Assembly (NCBI RefSeq): GCF_963921235.1
Contig: NC_086107.1
Coordinates: forward strand, 102,984,001-103,048,000
Direction: 5' to 3'
DNA length: 64,000 bases
Source of the DNA: Mobula hypostoma
Lineage: Eukaryota
A program made the translations under genes and the position numbers. Numbering within the stretch: position 1 is the first letter of the stretch; every line of letters starts with the position of its first letter. Shown piece by piece: positions 40,510 through 51,363 of the stretch. The notes below the pieces were generated by a model. That model was not told where the DNA came from and ran no database searches. It was given only the letters and a program-made list of their open reading frames with translations.

Positions 40510-40880
40510 ATACCTCCCAGTGGCCAAACATTTTAATTTCTATTTCCGTTCCAACGTGTTGGTCCATGGCCTCCTCTTGTACCGAGATGAAGCCACCCTC
40601 AGTGTGGAGGGGCAACACCTTATATTCCATCTGGGTAGCCTCCAACCCGATGGCACGAACATCCATTTCTCCTTCCGGTAAACAAATCCACCCCCCCTCT
40701 CTGACCTTTTACTTCCCCCCCTCACCCCACCCTCCAGGTTCCCTCCTCCTTCCCCTTCTCCAATGGTCCACTCTCCTCTCCTATCAGACTCCTTCTCCAG
40801 CCCCTGACCTTCCCCACCCACCTGGCTTCACCTATCACCTTCCAGCTAGTCCTACTTCCCCTCACCCCCCCCCTTTGTAT
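40510..40880 (+). mobile_element. Penelope-like element fragment (GIY-YIG C-terminus)
   Basis: LPVAKHFN...HGLLLYRDEATLSVEGQHLIFHLGSLQPDGTNIHFS, homologous to the 50034 and 60052 copies. Confidence 0.8.
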
Positions 40881-41332
40881 TCAAGATTCAAATACATTTA
40901 TTTTCAAAGAATGCATGAATTATACAACCTTGAAGTTTACTTGCTCACAGGTGGTCACAAAGCAAGAAACCTGTAAGAACCCAACTAGAGAAAAAAAAGA
41001 AAACTAAAAATAAAAGACCAACTCCTGATGCGCAAGAAAGGAAAAAAGTACAAATCATGCAAACAAACAAAGTGAACAGCAGCATTCCCAACCAAAATTG
41101 AGTCCTCAGATCTGAAGCCCAGAGTAGGCCCAAAGCCTCGCTTATCACAGCAGCCAGGGCAGTCTTCAAAGCCTCAGCACCATGGAGATGACCATAGCGG
41201 AGAACGAGTGAAATCAGATCTCGCCTCCAATCTGGGCAGGCATTTACATTGTCTAAACAGCAGATTGTACCTTGCACAGGAACACAGACACCACAGCTGT
41301 GAAAGGCTCCAGGCCCAGACCATGCTGCTCTC

Positions 41333-41565
41333 ATAAGAACACAAGAAATAGGAGCAGGAGTCAGCCATCTGGCCCATCGAGCCTGCTCTGCCATTCGATA
41401 AGATCATGGCTAATCTGGCCATGGACTCACCTCCATCCACCTTCCTTTTCCCCATAACCCTTAATCCCCCTACTATGCAAAAAACTATCCAACCTTGTCT
41501 TAAATATATTTACTGAGATGGCCTCCACTGCTTCATTGGGCAGAGAATTTCACAGATTCACCACA
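41333..41565 (-). mobile_element. CR1 3' end fragment
   Basis: ATAAGAACACAAGAAATAGGAGCAGGAGTCAGCCATC...GGCAGAGAATTTCACAGATTCACCAC. Confidence 0.7.
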
Positions 41566-42029
41566 AAAAAGTAACTACATAAGCTCTTTCAAATCAGCCT
41601 GAACCAGCATCAGAACTGAGCTCTCTGGCATCCATCCCCCTTCCTTCTCAGTGCTGAAGAAATGAATGAGGACCTCGGCCCGAAATATTGACCATCTAAT
41701 CCTCTCCATAGAATCTGCCCGACCTGCTGCGTTCCTCCAGCATTTTGTGTGCGATATTTTAAAATATTTTTACTTTTTAGAATGACTGTCGTCGGAACAT
41801 AGGAGATCATTCTGCCAATCATGTCAGTGCCAGCTCTGGGATTTCAGAATCAGGTTTATTTTGGAATCACTTTTGAGATCTCCACTTCATTTTCTTTCTC
41901 TCATATGCTCATTAACTCCTACTGACTTATCATCCACAGCCAATTTACAGCACGACTTTGAGATGGGAGAAACGTATAGCCCCTGCGGGGAACCCACACG
42001 GTCATAAGATCACGCAAACTCCAGTTCAT

Positions 42030-42740
42030 CACAAACTGACACATGCACCAATCCTCACAGAGGGATCAGAAGTGGAGAGAGTGGGCAACTTCAAGTTCCT
42101 GGGTGTCGAGATCTCTGAGGATCTAAACTGGTCTCAAAATATCGATGCAGCTATAAAGAAGGCAAGACAGCAGCTATATTTCATGAAGGGTTTGGGATTT
42201 GGTTTGTCAACTGAACCACTCGGAAACTTCTACAGATGTATTGCGGAGAGTGTTCTGATAAGCTGGAATTGGGAGCAGGGGCTACTGCAAAGAATCGAAA
42301 GTAGCTACAGAAAGTTGTAAAACTAGTCGGCTCCATCATGGGCACTAGCGTCTGTAGTATCCGAGATATCTTCAAGGAGCGGTGCCTCAGAAAGGCGGTG
42401 TCCATCGTTAAGGACCCCCATCACCCAGGACATGCCCTCTTCTCATTGTTACCGTCAGGATGGAGGTACAGAAGCCTGAAGGCACACACCCAACGATTCA
42501 GGAGCAGTTTCTTCCCCTCTGCCATCCGATTCCTAAATGGACATTGAACCCATGAGCACTATCTCGCTTTTATTATTTGTTTTGCACTATTTTTAATTTA
42601 ACTATTTAATGTACATATATACTTACAGTAATTGATTCACTTATTAGTTTTCCCCTATATTATCATGTTTTGAATTGTACTGTTGCTGCCAAGCTAACAA
42701 ATTTCATGACATATGCCGGTGATATTAAACCTGATCTGAT
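42030..42740 (+). mobile_element. Rex1/Babar-like 3' fragment
   Basis: EVERVGNFKFLGVEISEDLNWSQN...KKARQQLYF and DPHHPGHALFSLLPSGWRYRSLKAHTQRFRSSFFPSAIRFLN. Confidence 0.8.
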
Positions 42741-42771
42741 TTCATTCCGGCAGCATATTAGGTCAGGATTG

Positions 42772-44031
42772 CAGACATCCCACCTCTCCTGGAAGATCCG
42801 GGAGTCTCCTGCATATCGATAGTGGCTCCCTGACGCCCGGAAATTATATACAATATCCTGGAAATAGATTTTTTTGATAGGGAGAGGGAGCATCCTGATT
42901 GGTCTCTCTTCGTGCTAAGAGTGGTCCCCAACCACCGGGCCGTAAGGAAACAATATGATTTGGCGATATGAAATGATATGAGTCATTTGCACCTTTCCTC
43001 ATTCCCTGTCACACACTGTTGAACTTGAACGCACGCGAGGTCATTACCCACGCATCATCCATGTCAGCGTAGAAAGATCAACTCCTCACTTGTAAATGAC
43101 GGCAGGCTGAAAAGTATGTTTGACATAACATCTCTGCCGGCATTCTGGATCAAAGTCAAGGCTAAATATCCTGAGATAGCCACGGAAGCACTGAAAACGT
43201 TGCTTCCATTTCCAACATCATATCGCTGCGAAGCAGAGTTTTCTGCAATGAATGCAACGAAAACTAAACTGCGGAATAGACTGGACATAAGGAACCCCCT
43301 TCGAGTATTGCTGTCTCCCATCACCCCTCGATAGGACCGTCTTGTTGCAGGAAAACAAGCCCAGGGCTCGCACTGATTCAGCGATATTGGTGTGTTGCAA
43401 TGATTTTATATGTTCATATGGGGAAAATTTGCGGTGTACTTAATATCCAAACGTTACTTAAAATGTTATGATGCTATTGACTTATCACCTATATTCCGGT
43501 CGTGATTAACACCCCACCCAGGTCCACAAGAATATTGTCAATATTAAACCGGTTCGCAGTGCAAAAAATGTTGGGGTTGCTAAGTAGACCTATCAGTTTT
43601 CTCTGTGGACGGGCTTTACAGTCGACCTCAAAAATAATGACAGTGTTGCTCGCTACACTGTTTGCAACAGTGACTTTTCTATTGCCCATGGTGGGTTAAA
43701 ATGTAAAAGGCATATTGAGGTGAGTTTAACAGGTGTCATTACAGCAGAGCTAACGTTATTTAAACTAGCTAGCTAGCTGCTGAGGAGCTACGCTATTGAT
43801 GTCCTACGCGATGAGGCCAAACTCCCTGTAGACTTGCTTAAAGTTGTAATAGAATAAACATGATAATATAAGCACATATTTTAATGTCATATTTGCTGCA
43901 TATACCCAACTTGGTTTACAGATTAGACAAAATAACTAAATAAAGTATGACATACACCCTTGGAGGTCGACGGGGGTGGGGGGGGGGGGTGCTACCTCCC
44001 TGAAATGAGTTTTTGCAGGGTGGGATGTCTG
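42772..44031. mobile_element. Non-autonomous DNA transposon with 13-bp TIRs (hAT-like), host of a nested Charlie element
   Basis: TIRs CAGACATCCCACC (42772-42784) and GGTGGGATGTCTG (44019-44031). GGATTG lies directly on both flanks (42766-42771, 44032-44037). Confidence 0.8.
42920..43577 (+). mobile_element. hAT-Charlie/Buster internally deleted element
   Basis: Left end AGTGGTCCCCAAC and right end AAAAATGTTGGGG. hAT dimerisation domain FWIKVKAKYPEIATEALKTLLPFPTSYRCEAEFSAMNATKTKLRNRL (43116-43334). TGCTAAG is duplicated on both flanks. Confidence 0.85.
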
Positions 44032-44312
44032 GGATTGAATCTGGGTGGCTGGAGCTGCGAAGAGTGGCTTCTGCCGGCTCTAAATCTAGTAAGTGCAGGT
44101 AGTGGACGGGGGAAGTACAGCCTCAAACCAAACTATTCTGAGGCAAAAACAAGACCAGTGAGTCGGGCGGGAGGAGGAGGGACGACGATACGGCGGAACT
44201 GTCCCCGTCCCCACGTGCGCCGAGTCTGCTTTTGAAGCCGCTCCCAACTCCGAGTACGACCCCTCAGAAACTTAGGGAGGGATCCCGTCAACAGTGTCAT
44301 CCACTAACTCAC

Positions 44313-44364
44313 CAACGCCGGCCTGTTTCCGACAGAAAATTAAATCTGGGTGATGCTTCGCCAT
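44313..44364 (-). CDS. PHF5A: PHF5A coding exon 1: MAKHHPDLIFCRKQAGV(A)
   Basis: ATG GCG AAG CAT CAC CCA GAT TTA ATT TTC TGT CGG AAA CAG GCC GGC GTT G|GTGAGT, the invariant N-terminus of PHF5A (SF3b subunit). Missed by the ORF track. Confidence 0.97.
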
Positions 44365-44799
44365 CGCGACTCCAACCGCCACTCGCCGCCGGAAGCACCT
44401 TCCGTCCTTTGCACTTTGACCTCTACTCTTATAATTTATTTAAAAATTCACAGCAGATAAGAGAAATTTATAGTAAGACAATTTCCAAAAATAAAGTGAC
44501 CACAGAAAGTGATTTTTAACAGAAATACACGCTCCTAAACGTATCACTTATGGTGGAAGGACCTATTGTTGTAAGATTTTTAATAAATTTCAACTGCAGC
44601 AACGCGTTTCATTGGATGCTTGATATAGACTTTATTTAAAATAGTTAATTAAATAATGATTTTTTTTGAATTTATTTTTCATTGGGAAGAGTCCGCGATT
44701 GTAAATTGATATTTCTAATTTAGCGGCTAGGACCTGGGAGGGGTATTAAAGCGGGCGCTGTGACGTCATATCCATGCGGCATCTTTGTCAGTGAACAAA
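44365..44799. promoter_or_regulatory. Bidirectional promoter shared by PHF5A and ACO2
   Basis: Divergent ATGs are separated by 435 bp. Motifs: ETS-like CCGGAAG (44389-44395) plus inverted CTTCCG (44399-44404), inverted CCAAT boxes (44611, 44681), TATTAAA (44744-44750) and a perfect CRE TGACGTCA (44761-44768). CpG-enriched at both ends. Confidence 0.85.
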
Positions 44800-44805
44800 A
44801 TGGCG
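44777..44805 (+). promoter_or_regulatory. Iron-responsive element (IRE) in the ACO2 5' UTR, overlapping the start codon
   Basis: CAT-C(bulge, 44783)-TTTGT-CAGTGA(loop, 44789-44794)-ACAAA-ATG: a 5-bp upper stem, CAGUGN loop and unpaired C. Same position as the known vertebrate ACO2 IRE. Confidence 0.92.
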
Positions 44806-44835
44806 ACGTACATCCTGACCGCTAGCAGGCTGCAG
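44800..44835 (+). CDS. ACO2: ACO2 exon 1 (mitochondrial presequence start): MATYILTASRLQ
   Basis: AAAATGGCG start context, 36 nt, donor CAG|GTAAC. Resembles human MAPYSLLVTRLQ. Confidence 0.93.
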
Positions 44836-45669
44836 GTAACGAGCGCGGTCGAACGGCGATCGGAAAAGGCTAGGGGTAGCTGCTTGGCTGGGGGGGGAAT
44901 CAACTCACCAGAACCACCGCCCAACTGACCTGCAAAGCCCTCCGCCACCATCTCCCGCTGACCTTTTACCACAGCGGTCGGTACCGGGTCACCAGTTCCT
45001 CCAACAGCCCAGATTGGAGCTGCTGGATTTCCATGGCAACAGTTCACTAGCTCGAACTCCCGCTTCGGGATTTCGGTAATTGAGGAGGATTAAAATCGCC
45101 AAAGAAATAATAATAATAATAAAACATGTGGGAAATAGCGGATCTTATTTTACTCGTAGGAGCCAAGGTGACAGCAAGGTTACACCAGAGCAGTTCCATT
45201 CTGGTGGAGACCGCCTAAAGTACAGCCTCCAATTCGTCGCCATAACACTTTATTATCAATTGTGTTTGCGGCTTAAGGAGGCAATTTCACCCCGGCATTT
45301 CGAAAAAGTAACTAAGTAATGGACGCAATAAGATTACTAGTGTTGATCTGTTTAGATGCAAAACTGTCAACGCTTAACTATTCTTGCGTGAAAGCCCTTA
45401 ACCTGTTTTCATTATAAACTAGAGAGCGTCGTGGCTCAACCCAGCATTTAATGTTGCCCTTGAGAAGGTGAACCACCTTAGCCCGCTGCAATGCTTTTGA
45501 TAAAAATCTCCCTGTTTGCTATATGGGATGGACAATGTAGCACTGATGATATGTTTCAAAATCAGTCTGGTGTGTGACATGTAGGAGCTTTGCAGAGAAT
45601 GGTATTCCCATGTACTTGTTGCCCTTCCCTGTGAGAAAGGTCATGGGTATTGCAAACCCCTTGCAGGAT

Positions 45670-46525
45670 TCCCTGAAAATTAACTGGCAGGTTGAGTTGG
45701 TGGTGAGGAAGGCAAATGCAATGTTGGCATTGATTTCAAGAGGACTGGAATATAAAAGCAAGAGTGTAATGCTGAGGTTTTACAGGGTAATGGTGGGGAT
45801 GCACTTGAACTATTGTGAGCAGTTTTGGGACTCTGAGAAAGGACATGGAGAGTGGAGAGGATGTTTCCTATAGTAGGGGAGTCTAGGACAAGAAGGCACA
45901 GCCTCAGAATCGAGGGACTTCCATTTACAACAGGGATGAGGAATATCTTTAGCCAGAGGGCAGTGAATCTGTGGAATTCGTTGCCCCAGGTGACTGTGGA
46001 GGCCAAGTCAGGCTGTAGGTCTGTAGGTGATGATGGTGACTCTGATTGTTCTTGGCAAATTTTTCTACAGAAGTGTTTTGCCATTGCCTTTTTCTGGGCA
46101 GTGTCTTTTCAAGATGGGTGACCTCCGGCCATTATCAATGCTCTACAGAGATTACCTGCCTGGCGTTAGTGGTTGCATTAACAGACTTATGATATTCACC
46201 GGCTGCTCAAATGACCATCCAACACCTGCTCCCATGGCTTCGCGTGACCATGATCTGGCGGTCTAAGCAGGTGCTACACCTTGCCCAAGGGTGACCTGCA
46301 GGCTAGTGGTGGGAAGGAGCAGATTAGAACCCATTGGTAGAGACGTATCTCCACCCAGCCGCCTGGAGGCCAGGGCATTGGGTCTATATCAGGCAGAGGT
46401 TGGTAGGTTCTTGATTAGTCATGGTTACAGGGAGAAGGCAGGAGAACGGGGCTGAGATGGAAGTGGATCAGCCATGCGCTGACCCTGTGGTCCACATGGC
46501 CAGATTCTGCTCCTACGTCTGATGC
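45670..46525 (+). mobile_element. CR1 3' fragment interrupted by another repeat (~46010-46365)
   Basis: VVRKANAMLALISRGLEYK and ERMFPIVGESRTRRHSLRI. The inner repeat carries CACCTTGCCCAAGGGTGACCTGCAGGCTAG, also at 55150, 55350 and (minus) 39380-39410. Confidence 0.7.
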
Positions 46526-48169
46526 AAGTTAGTGCTTTGAGCCATAATGCGCCTGTGCTGGAAGGACTGACTCTTTAGGGTAATTGGTGGAGTGGTTTAT
46601 TGTTGATGCTTTCTGCAGGCACACTTATCCAGATTGCCATTAGGTTTTCCTCCTACTAACAGATTCACATGCTGGGTAGGCTTTGTGCATCGGTAAGTGA
46701 TTGAGTCATTGTAGATTATCCATCTGTGACCTTTTCTTACAGCCAAGTGTTTTCTTTACTGATCAGATCAAGTCACTAATTATTCTCTTTAACTACCTTT
46801 CTCAGGGAATTGTCTGGCTTCAGTTCTGGTGGTGATGTTGGATGACTGACATGTCATTATCAGTGTAGTGATGACATAGCAGTTAGTTACATGACCGGTA
46901 ATCCATGCCCTTGCTCGAATGATTCAGAGGCCAGAGTTAAAATCCTATCATGGCAGGAATCGAAAATCAGTTAATAATCTGGAATAGTTTATATTAAAAA
47001 GGAACTATTCATTAATAATACACACAAATAATATTGATTGTTGTTAAAATAAGCTCTTTCAGGGGTGGAAATCCTGATGTGGCCTACTGTTATTGAGTCT
47101 TAAAACTCTGAAATGGCCACTGAGTATTTTAGCACAATGTAAATAAAGTGGAGTTCCTTTTGCTAAACCGCAGTGATTAGGATTGTTCCAGTTAGTTCAA
47201 GAATCAAGTTGGTGAAGGAATGGCCCTGTACTTCCTACCTGGTGGTAGGTGTGGGAAGATGGTATGGCCCATACGGTGGGGATCTTTGACGACGGATGTT
47301 GCCTTCTTGAGGCATCACCTCCTGTAGATACTACCAATGGTAGAAAGGGTTGTATCTGTGATGTATTGGGCTGTTCACTGTTCTCTGCAGCTTCTTGTGT
47401 TCCTGCACATCTGATGCTTTCAAAAATCCACCTGTGCATGTCGGTTAGAGTGTTTGCTGACAAGCTGAACCTCCTAAGAAAGATTCTGGCGTGCCTTCCT
47501 TGTGATTGCATCGATGTGCTGCGCCCAGGACGGGTATGTTAAAGCTGCTAACTCTCTTTGCCACTCATCTCCCAATGTAGGCTGGCACGTGTGTGCCCTC
47601 CTTCCATAAACACAAGAGAATACTGCAGATGCTGGAAATCCGAGCAATGCACACAAAATGCTGGAGGAACTCAGCAAGTCAGGCAGCATCTATGGAGGAG
47701 AATAAACATTCGACGTTTTGGGCTGAGACCCTTTGGGCCTGCAACCTTGACTATTTATTCCCCTCCGTAGAGATATGGTCCATGAGCAGCAGCCTTATTG
47801 GCATCTGCACTACTGAGCTCTGGTGGAATATAGCATGTCTGAATTTAGAAACATCATTGCCGTTTATTAGATCAAGTGTGAATGTTGTGCAGTTCTTGCT
47901 GCTTCTGGCCAGGGATGGAAAGGACAATTTGCAAAGCAGAGCTCCAGGTGTAAATTAGCTTCCTTCATATGTGTCTGTTTATTTTTTTTTCTAGAAAAAC
48001 TTTAACTAATTATAAAATATTCAATCTGTGTCTTTGGTTAGATGTATTTTGATACACATTAATTTTAGGATTGTTGTTCTTTCCCTGGAGTAGAATCAGT
48101 ATTTAAATTATTTCTCTTCTGTTTTTTTCCTCTGCAACTTGATTTGTTATACAGAATAAAGAATGGTTT

Positions 48170-49020
48170 CCATGTTAAAGTGGCAGAGCATTTCAGATTG
48201 GGTGGTTAAGAAGGCTTAAGGAATGCTTGCTTTTATTATTCGAGGTATTGAGTTCAAAAGTCAAGAAGTTAGGTTGCAACCTTATAGAACTCTGGTTTGG
48301 CTATGGTAATGCATTGCATTACTGTGGGACAGCCAAAACAGTATTGTACACAGTTCTGGTCGCCCCACTATAGGAAGGATGTTGAGGCTTTGGAGAGGTG
48401 CAGAAGAGGAATCAACTCTTCTCGGGCTTCCAGCCAGGTAGAGGTATCGATTTTAACCGTCGTTTCGATGATAAACTCTGCCACCCTCCTCAGGGGTGAA
48501 TAGCAGAGTTTCCTGTTGAAATGTCAGAAAAATTGATACCTATACACAGCTGGAAGCCCAAAAAGAGTTTACTTGTTATATACGCTAGGAAAGCACTAGA
48601 TCCTTTTTCAGTGCAGAAGAGATTTACCAGGATGCTATCATGGGAGGCTGGACAAACTTGGGTTGTTTTCTTTGGAGTGGCAGAGACTGAGGGGGGATCT
48701 GATTATTAGATTATGAGAGGCATCGATAGAGTGGACAGGGAGTATCTGTTTCTCAGGGTTGAAATGTCTAATACAGGTGTACATTGAAGGTGAGAGGGGA
48801 TAGGTTCAAAGGGAATGTGAGGGGTCAGTTTTTTACTCAGAATGGTGGCTGAAATGAGCTGCCTGGTATGGTGGAAGAGACATACATTAAGGCTTTTAAG
48901 AGATTAATATGAGGAAGATAGAGGGATTCATTTTTGTGGGTTTTCAATTTACTTTTTAGCTAGTTTGGTACAACATTGTGGACCAATAGGCCTGTTCCTG
49001 TGCTGTACTCTCCTCTCTAT
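48170..49020 (+). mobile_element. CR1 3' fragment containing a 202-bp fold-back insertion
   Basis: YCTQFWSPHYRKDVEALER...VQKRFTRML, interrupted at 48409-48610. Confidence 0.75.
48409..48610. mobile_element. Fold-back mini-element with degenerate hammerhead motif (second Penelope-like family)
   Basis: 11-bp TSD GTGCAGAAGAG (48398-48408, 48611-48621). Inverted arms ~48414-48481 and ~48503-48569. Minus strand CTGAGGA-G-GGTGGCA-GAGTT-TATCATC-GAAAC-GAC. Confidence 0.65.
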
Positions 49021-50033
49021 TGTGTAAATTATGGCCTTTCATATGCTCAATATTCATTATGAGTTTCATAAATATTTTGTTGTCAAGCTCCTTGACTAAA
49101 TGCCATATTATCTCTTCAGAAACTTGGTGCATGACTGGCTTTACAGTAGAGGCAGTTGGCCATGTTACAAACTGGGCGTGAGGCTGTAAACTAATAACTG
49201 AGGTGATTCCAAGGGCAGAGAGTAATGCAAGATTTTCCTCTCCCTCTCACACACTAACTCACTGCAGTTTTATAGATCAAGAAACCTGAACAACCTGGAG
49301 GTCAAATGTACCTGTTGTAATTATGTCTCTGCCTAAACTTTGTCAAATGACTTGTCTTTTTTCCCTTCTGCCATTCAATTGAATAGAGTGTGAGAGCCTG
49401 GAATGTAAATGACAGAATAGGTCACAGCTACTTGAGAGACTCACTGGGAGTTGAACAGGGTGTTATGTGTAATTTTATATTTATATTTGATTCTCTAAAA
49501 TTTTAAAATTTTTTTAGAGCTGGGAGTACCACTTTGATTTAATTTCTTTAAAATTGGTTAAAATGTTGAAAGCAATTCAAAATTTCTGAATTTAAAGACA
49601 AAATATGGAAGCTGACTGCTCCCCACCTTATTACAAAAAGTGGCTTTGCAGGTGGTCATCAAAGCCCTTTGGTCCCAGAGGCAGTAAGTTCCCATTATTT
49701 AAAAATCTGCTTGCAGAGGATATTGTGAATATCAGCTTGCTTCTGCCTTCTGTCTGATATGACCTTGTGCCAAAGAAATGGTTCCATGGAAACTATGCCT
49801 TCTTTCCAACTCTGCCAAGGAAAGGAGAGGGATTACAATCCATCTGATATTATTCCATGTGATCCATCGATAGACTCTTTATTTACCTAATGTTGCCTTG
49901 CCTCTGTTACCTTGCCTAACTGTTAATGAGTAAGACTGGAGACTGAGACATAAGAGACTGCATGCTGTTGTCTGGAGCCAAACAATCTGCCATAGGAAGT
50001 CGGCAGGTAGAAACAAAAGGATGTTCATCAGGT

Positions 50034-51363
50034 AACACACATAAAAGTTGCTGGTGAACGCAGCAGGCCAGGCAGCATCTCTAGGAAGAGGTGCAGTCGA
50101 CGTTTCAGGCCGAGGCCCTTCATCAGGACTAACTGAAGGAAGAGTGAGTAAGGGATTTGAAAGTGGGAGGGGGAGGGGGAGATGCAAAATGATGGGAGAA
50201 GACAGGAGGGGGAGGGATGGAGCCGAGAGCTGGACAGGTGATAGGCAAAAGGGATACGAGAGGATCATGGGACAGGAGGTCCGGGAAGAAAGACAAGGTG
50301 GGGGGGGGGAAACCCAGAGGATGGGCAAGGGGTATATTCAGAGGGACAGAGAGAGAAAAAGGAGAGTGAGAGAAAGAATGTGTGCATAAAAATAAGTAAC
50401 AGATGGGGTACGAGGGGGAGGTGGGGCATTAGCGGAAGTTAGAGAAGTCGATGTTCATGCCATCAGGCTGGAGGCTACCCAGACGGAATATAAGGTGTTG
50501 TTCCTCCAACCTGAGTGTGGCTTCATCTTTACAGTAGAGGAGGCCGTGGATAGACATGTCAGAATGGGAATGGGATGTGAAATTAAAATGTGTAGCCACT
50601 GGGAGATCCTGCTTTCTCTGGCGGACAGAGCGTAGGTGTTCAGCAAAGCGGTCTCCCAGTCTGCATCAGGTCTCGCCAATATATAAAAGGTCACATCGGG
50701 AGCACCGGACGCAGTATATCACCCCAGCCGACTCACAGATGAAGTGTTGCCTCACCTGGAAGGACTGTTTGGGCCCTGAATTCCACATCCCATTCCCATT
50801 CTGACATGTCTATCCACGGCCTCCTCTACTGTAAAGATGAAGCCACACTCAGATTGGAGGAACAACACCTTATATTCCGTCTGGGTAGCCTCCAGCCTGA
50901 TGGCATGAACATCGACTTCTCTAACTTCCGCTAATGCCCACCTCCCCCTCGTACCCCATCTGTTACTTATTTTTATACACACATTCTTTCTCTCACTCTC
51001 CTTTTTCTCTCTCTGTCCCTCTGAATATACCCCTTGCCCATCCTCTGGGTTCCCCCCCCCCACCTTGTCTTTCTTCCCGGACCTCCTGTCCCATGATCCT
51101 CTCGTATCCCTTTTGCCCATCACCTGTCCAGCTCTTGGCTCCATCCCTCCCCCTCCTGTCTTCTCCTATCATTTTGGATCTCCCCCTCCCCCTCCCACTT
51201 TCAAATCTCTTACTAACTCTTCCTTCAGTTAGTCCTGACAAAGGGTCTCGGCCTGAAACGTCAACTGCACCTCTTCCTAGAGATGCTGCCTGGCCTGCTG
51301 CGTTCACCAGCAACTTTTATGTGTGTTGCTTGAATTTCCAGCATCTGCAGAATTCCTGTTGTT
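50034..51363. mobile_element. Penelope-like element in inverted (fold-back) configuration
   Basis: Near-identical ~550-bp inverted arms (50034-50584 and 50779-51327). The minus strand encodes the GIY-YIG region VIYCVRCSRCDLLYIGET*CRLGDRFAEH...LEEQHLIFRLGSLQPDGMN. 14-bp TSD GATGTTCATCAGGT (50020-50033, 51364-51377). Confidence 0.9.
50095..50130 (-). ncRNA. Minimal type-I hammerhead ribozyme motif (intact core)
   Basis: AGUC-CUGAUGA-A-GGGC-CUCG-GCCU-GAAAC-GUC-GACU: stem I AGUC/GACU, conserved CUGANGA and GAAA boxes, 4-bp stem II, palindromic ACGU stem III and GUC cleavage triplet. Confidence 0.75.

Noticed and set aside
43116..43334. ZBED/SCAND3-like domesticated gene
   Set aside because: Only a short hAT dimerisation fragment bounded by transposon ends and a TSD.
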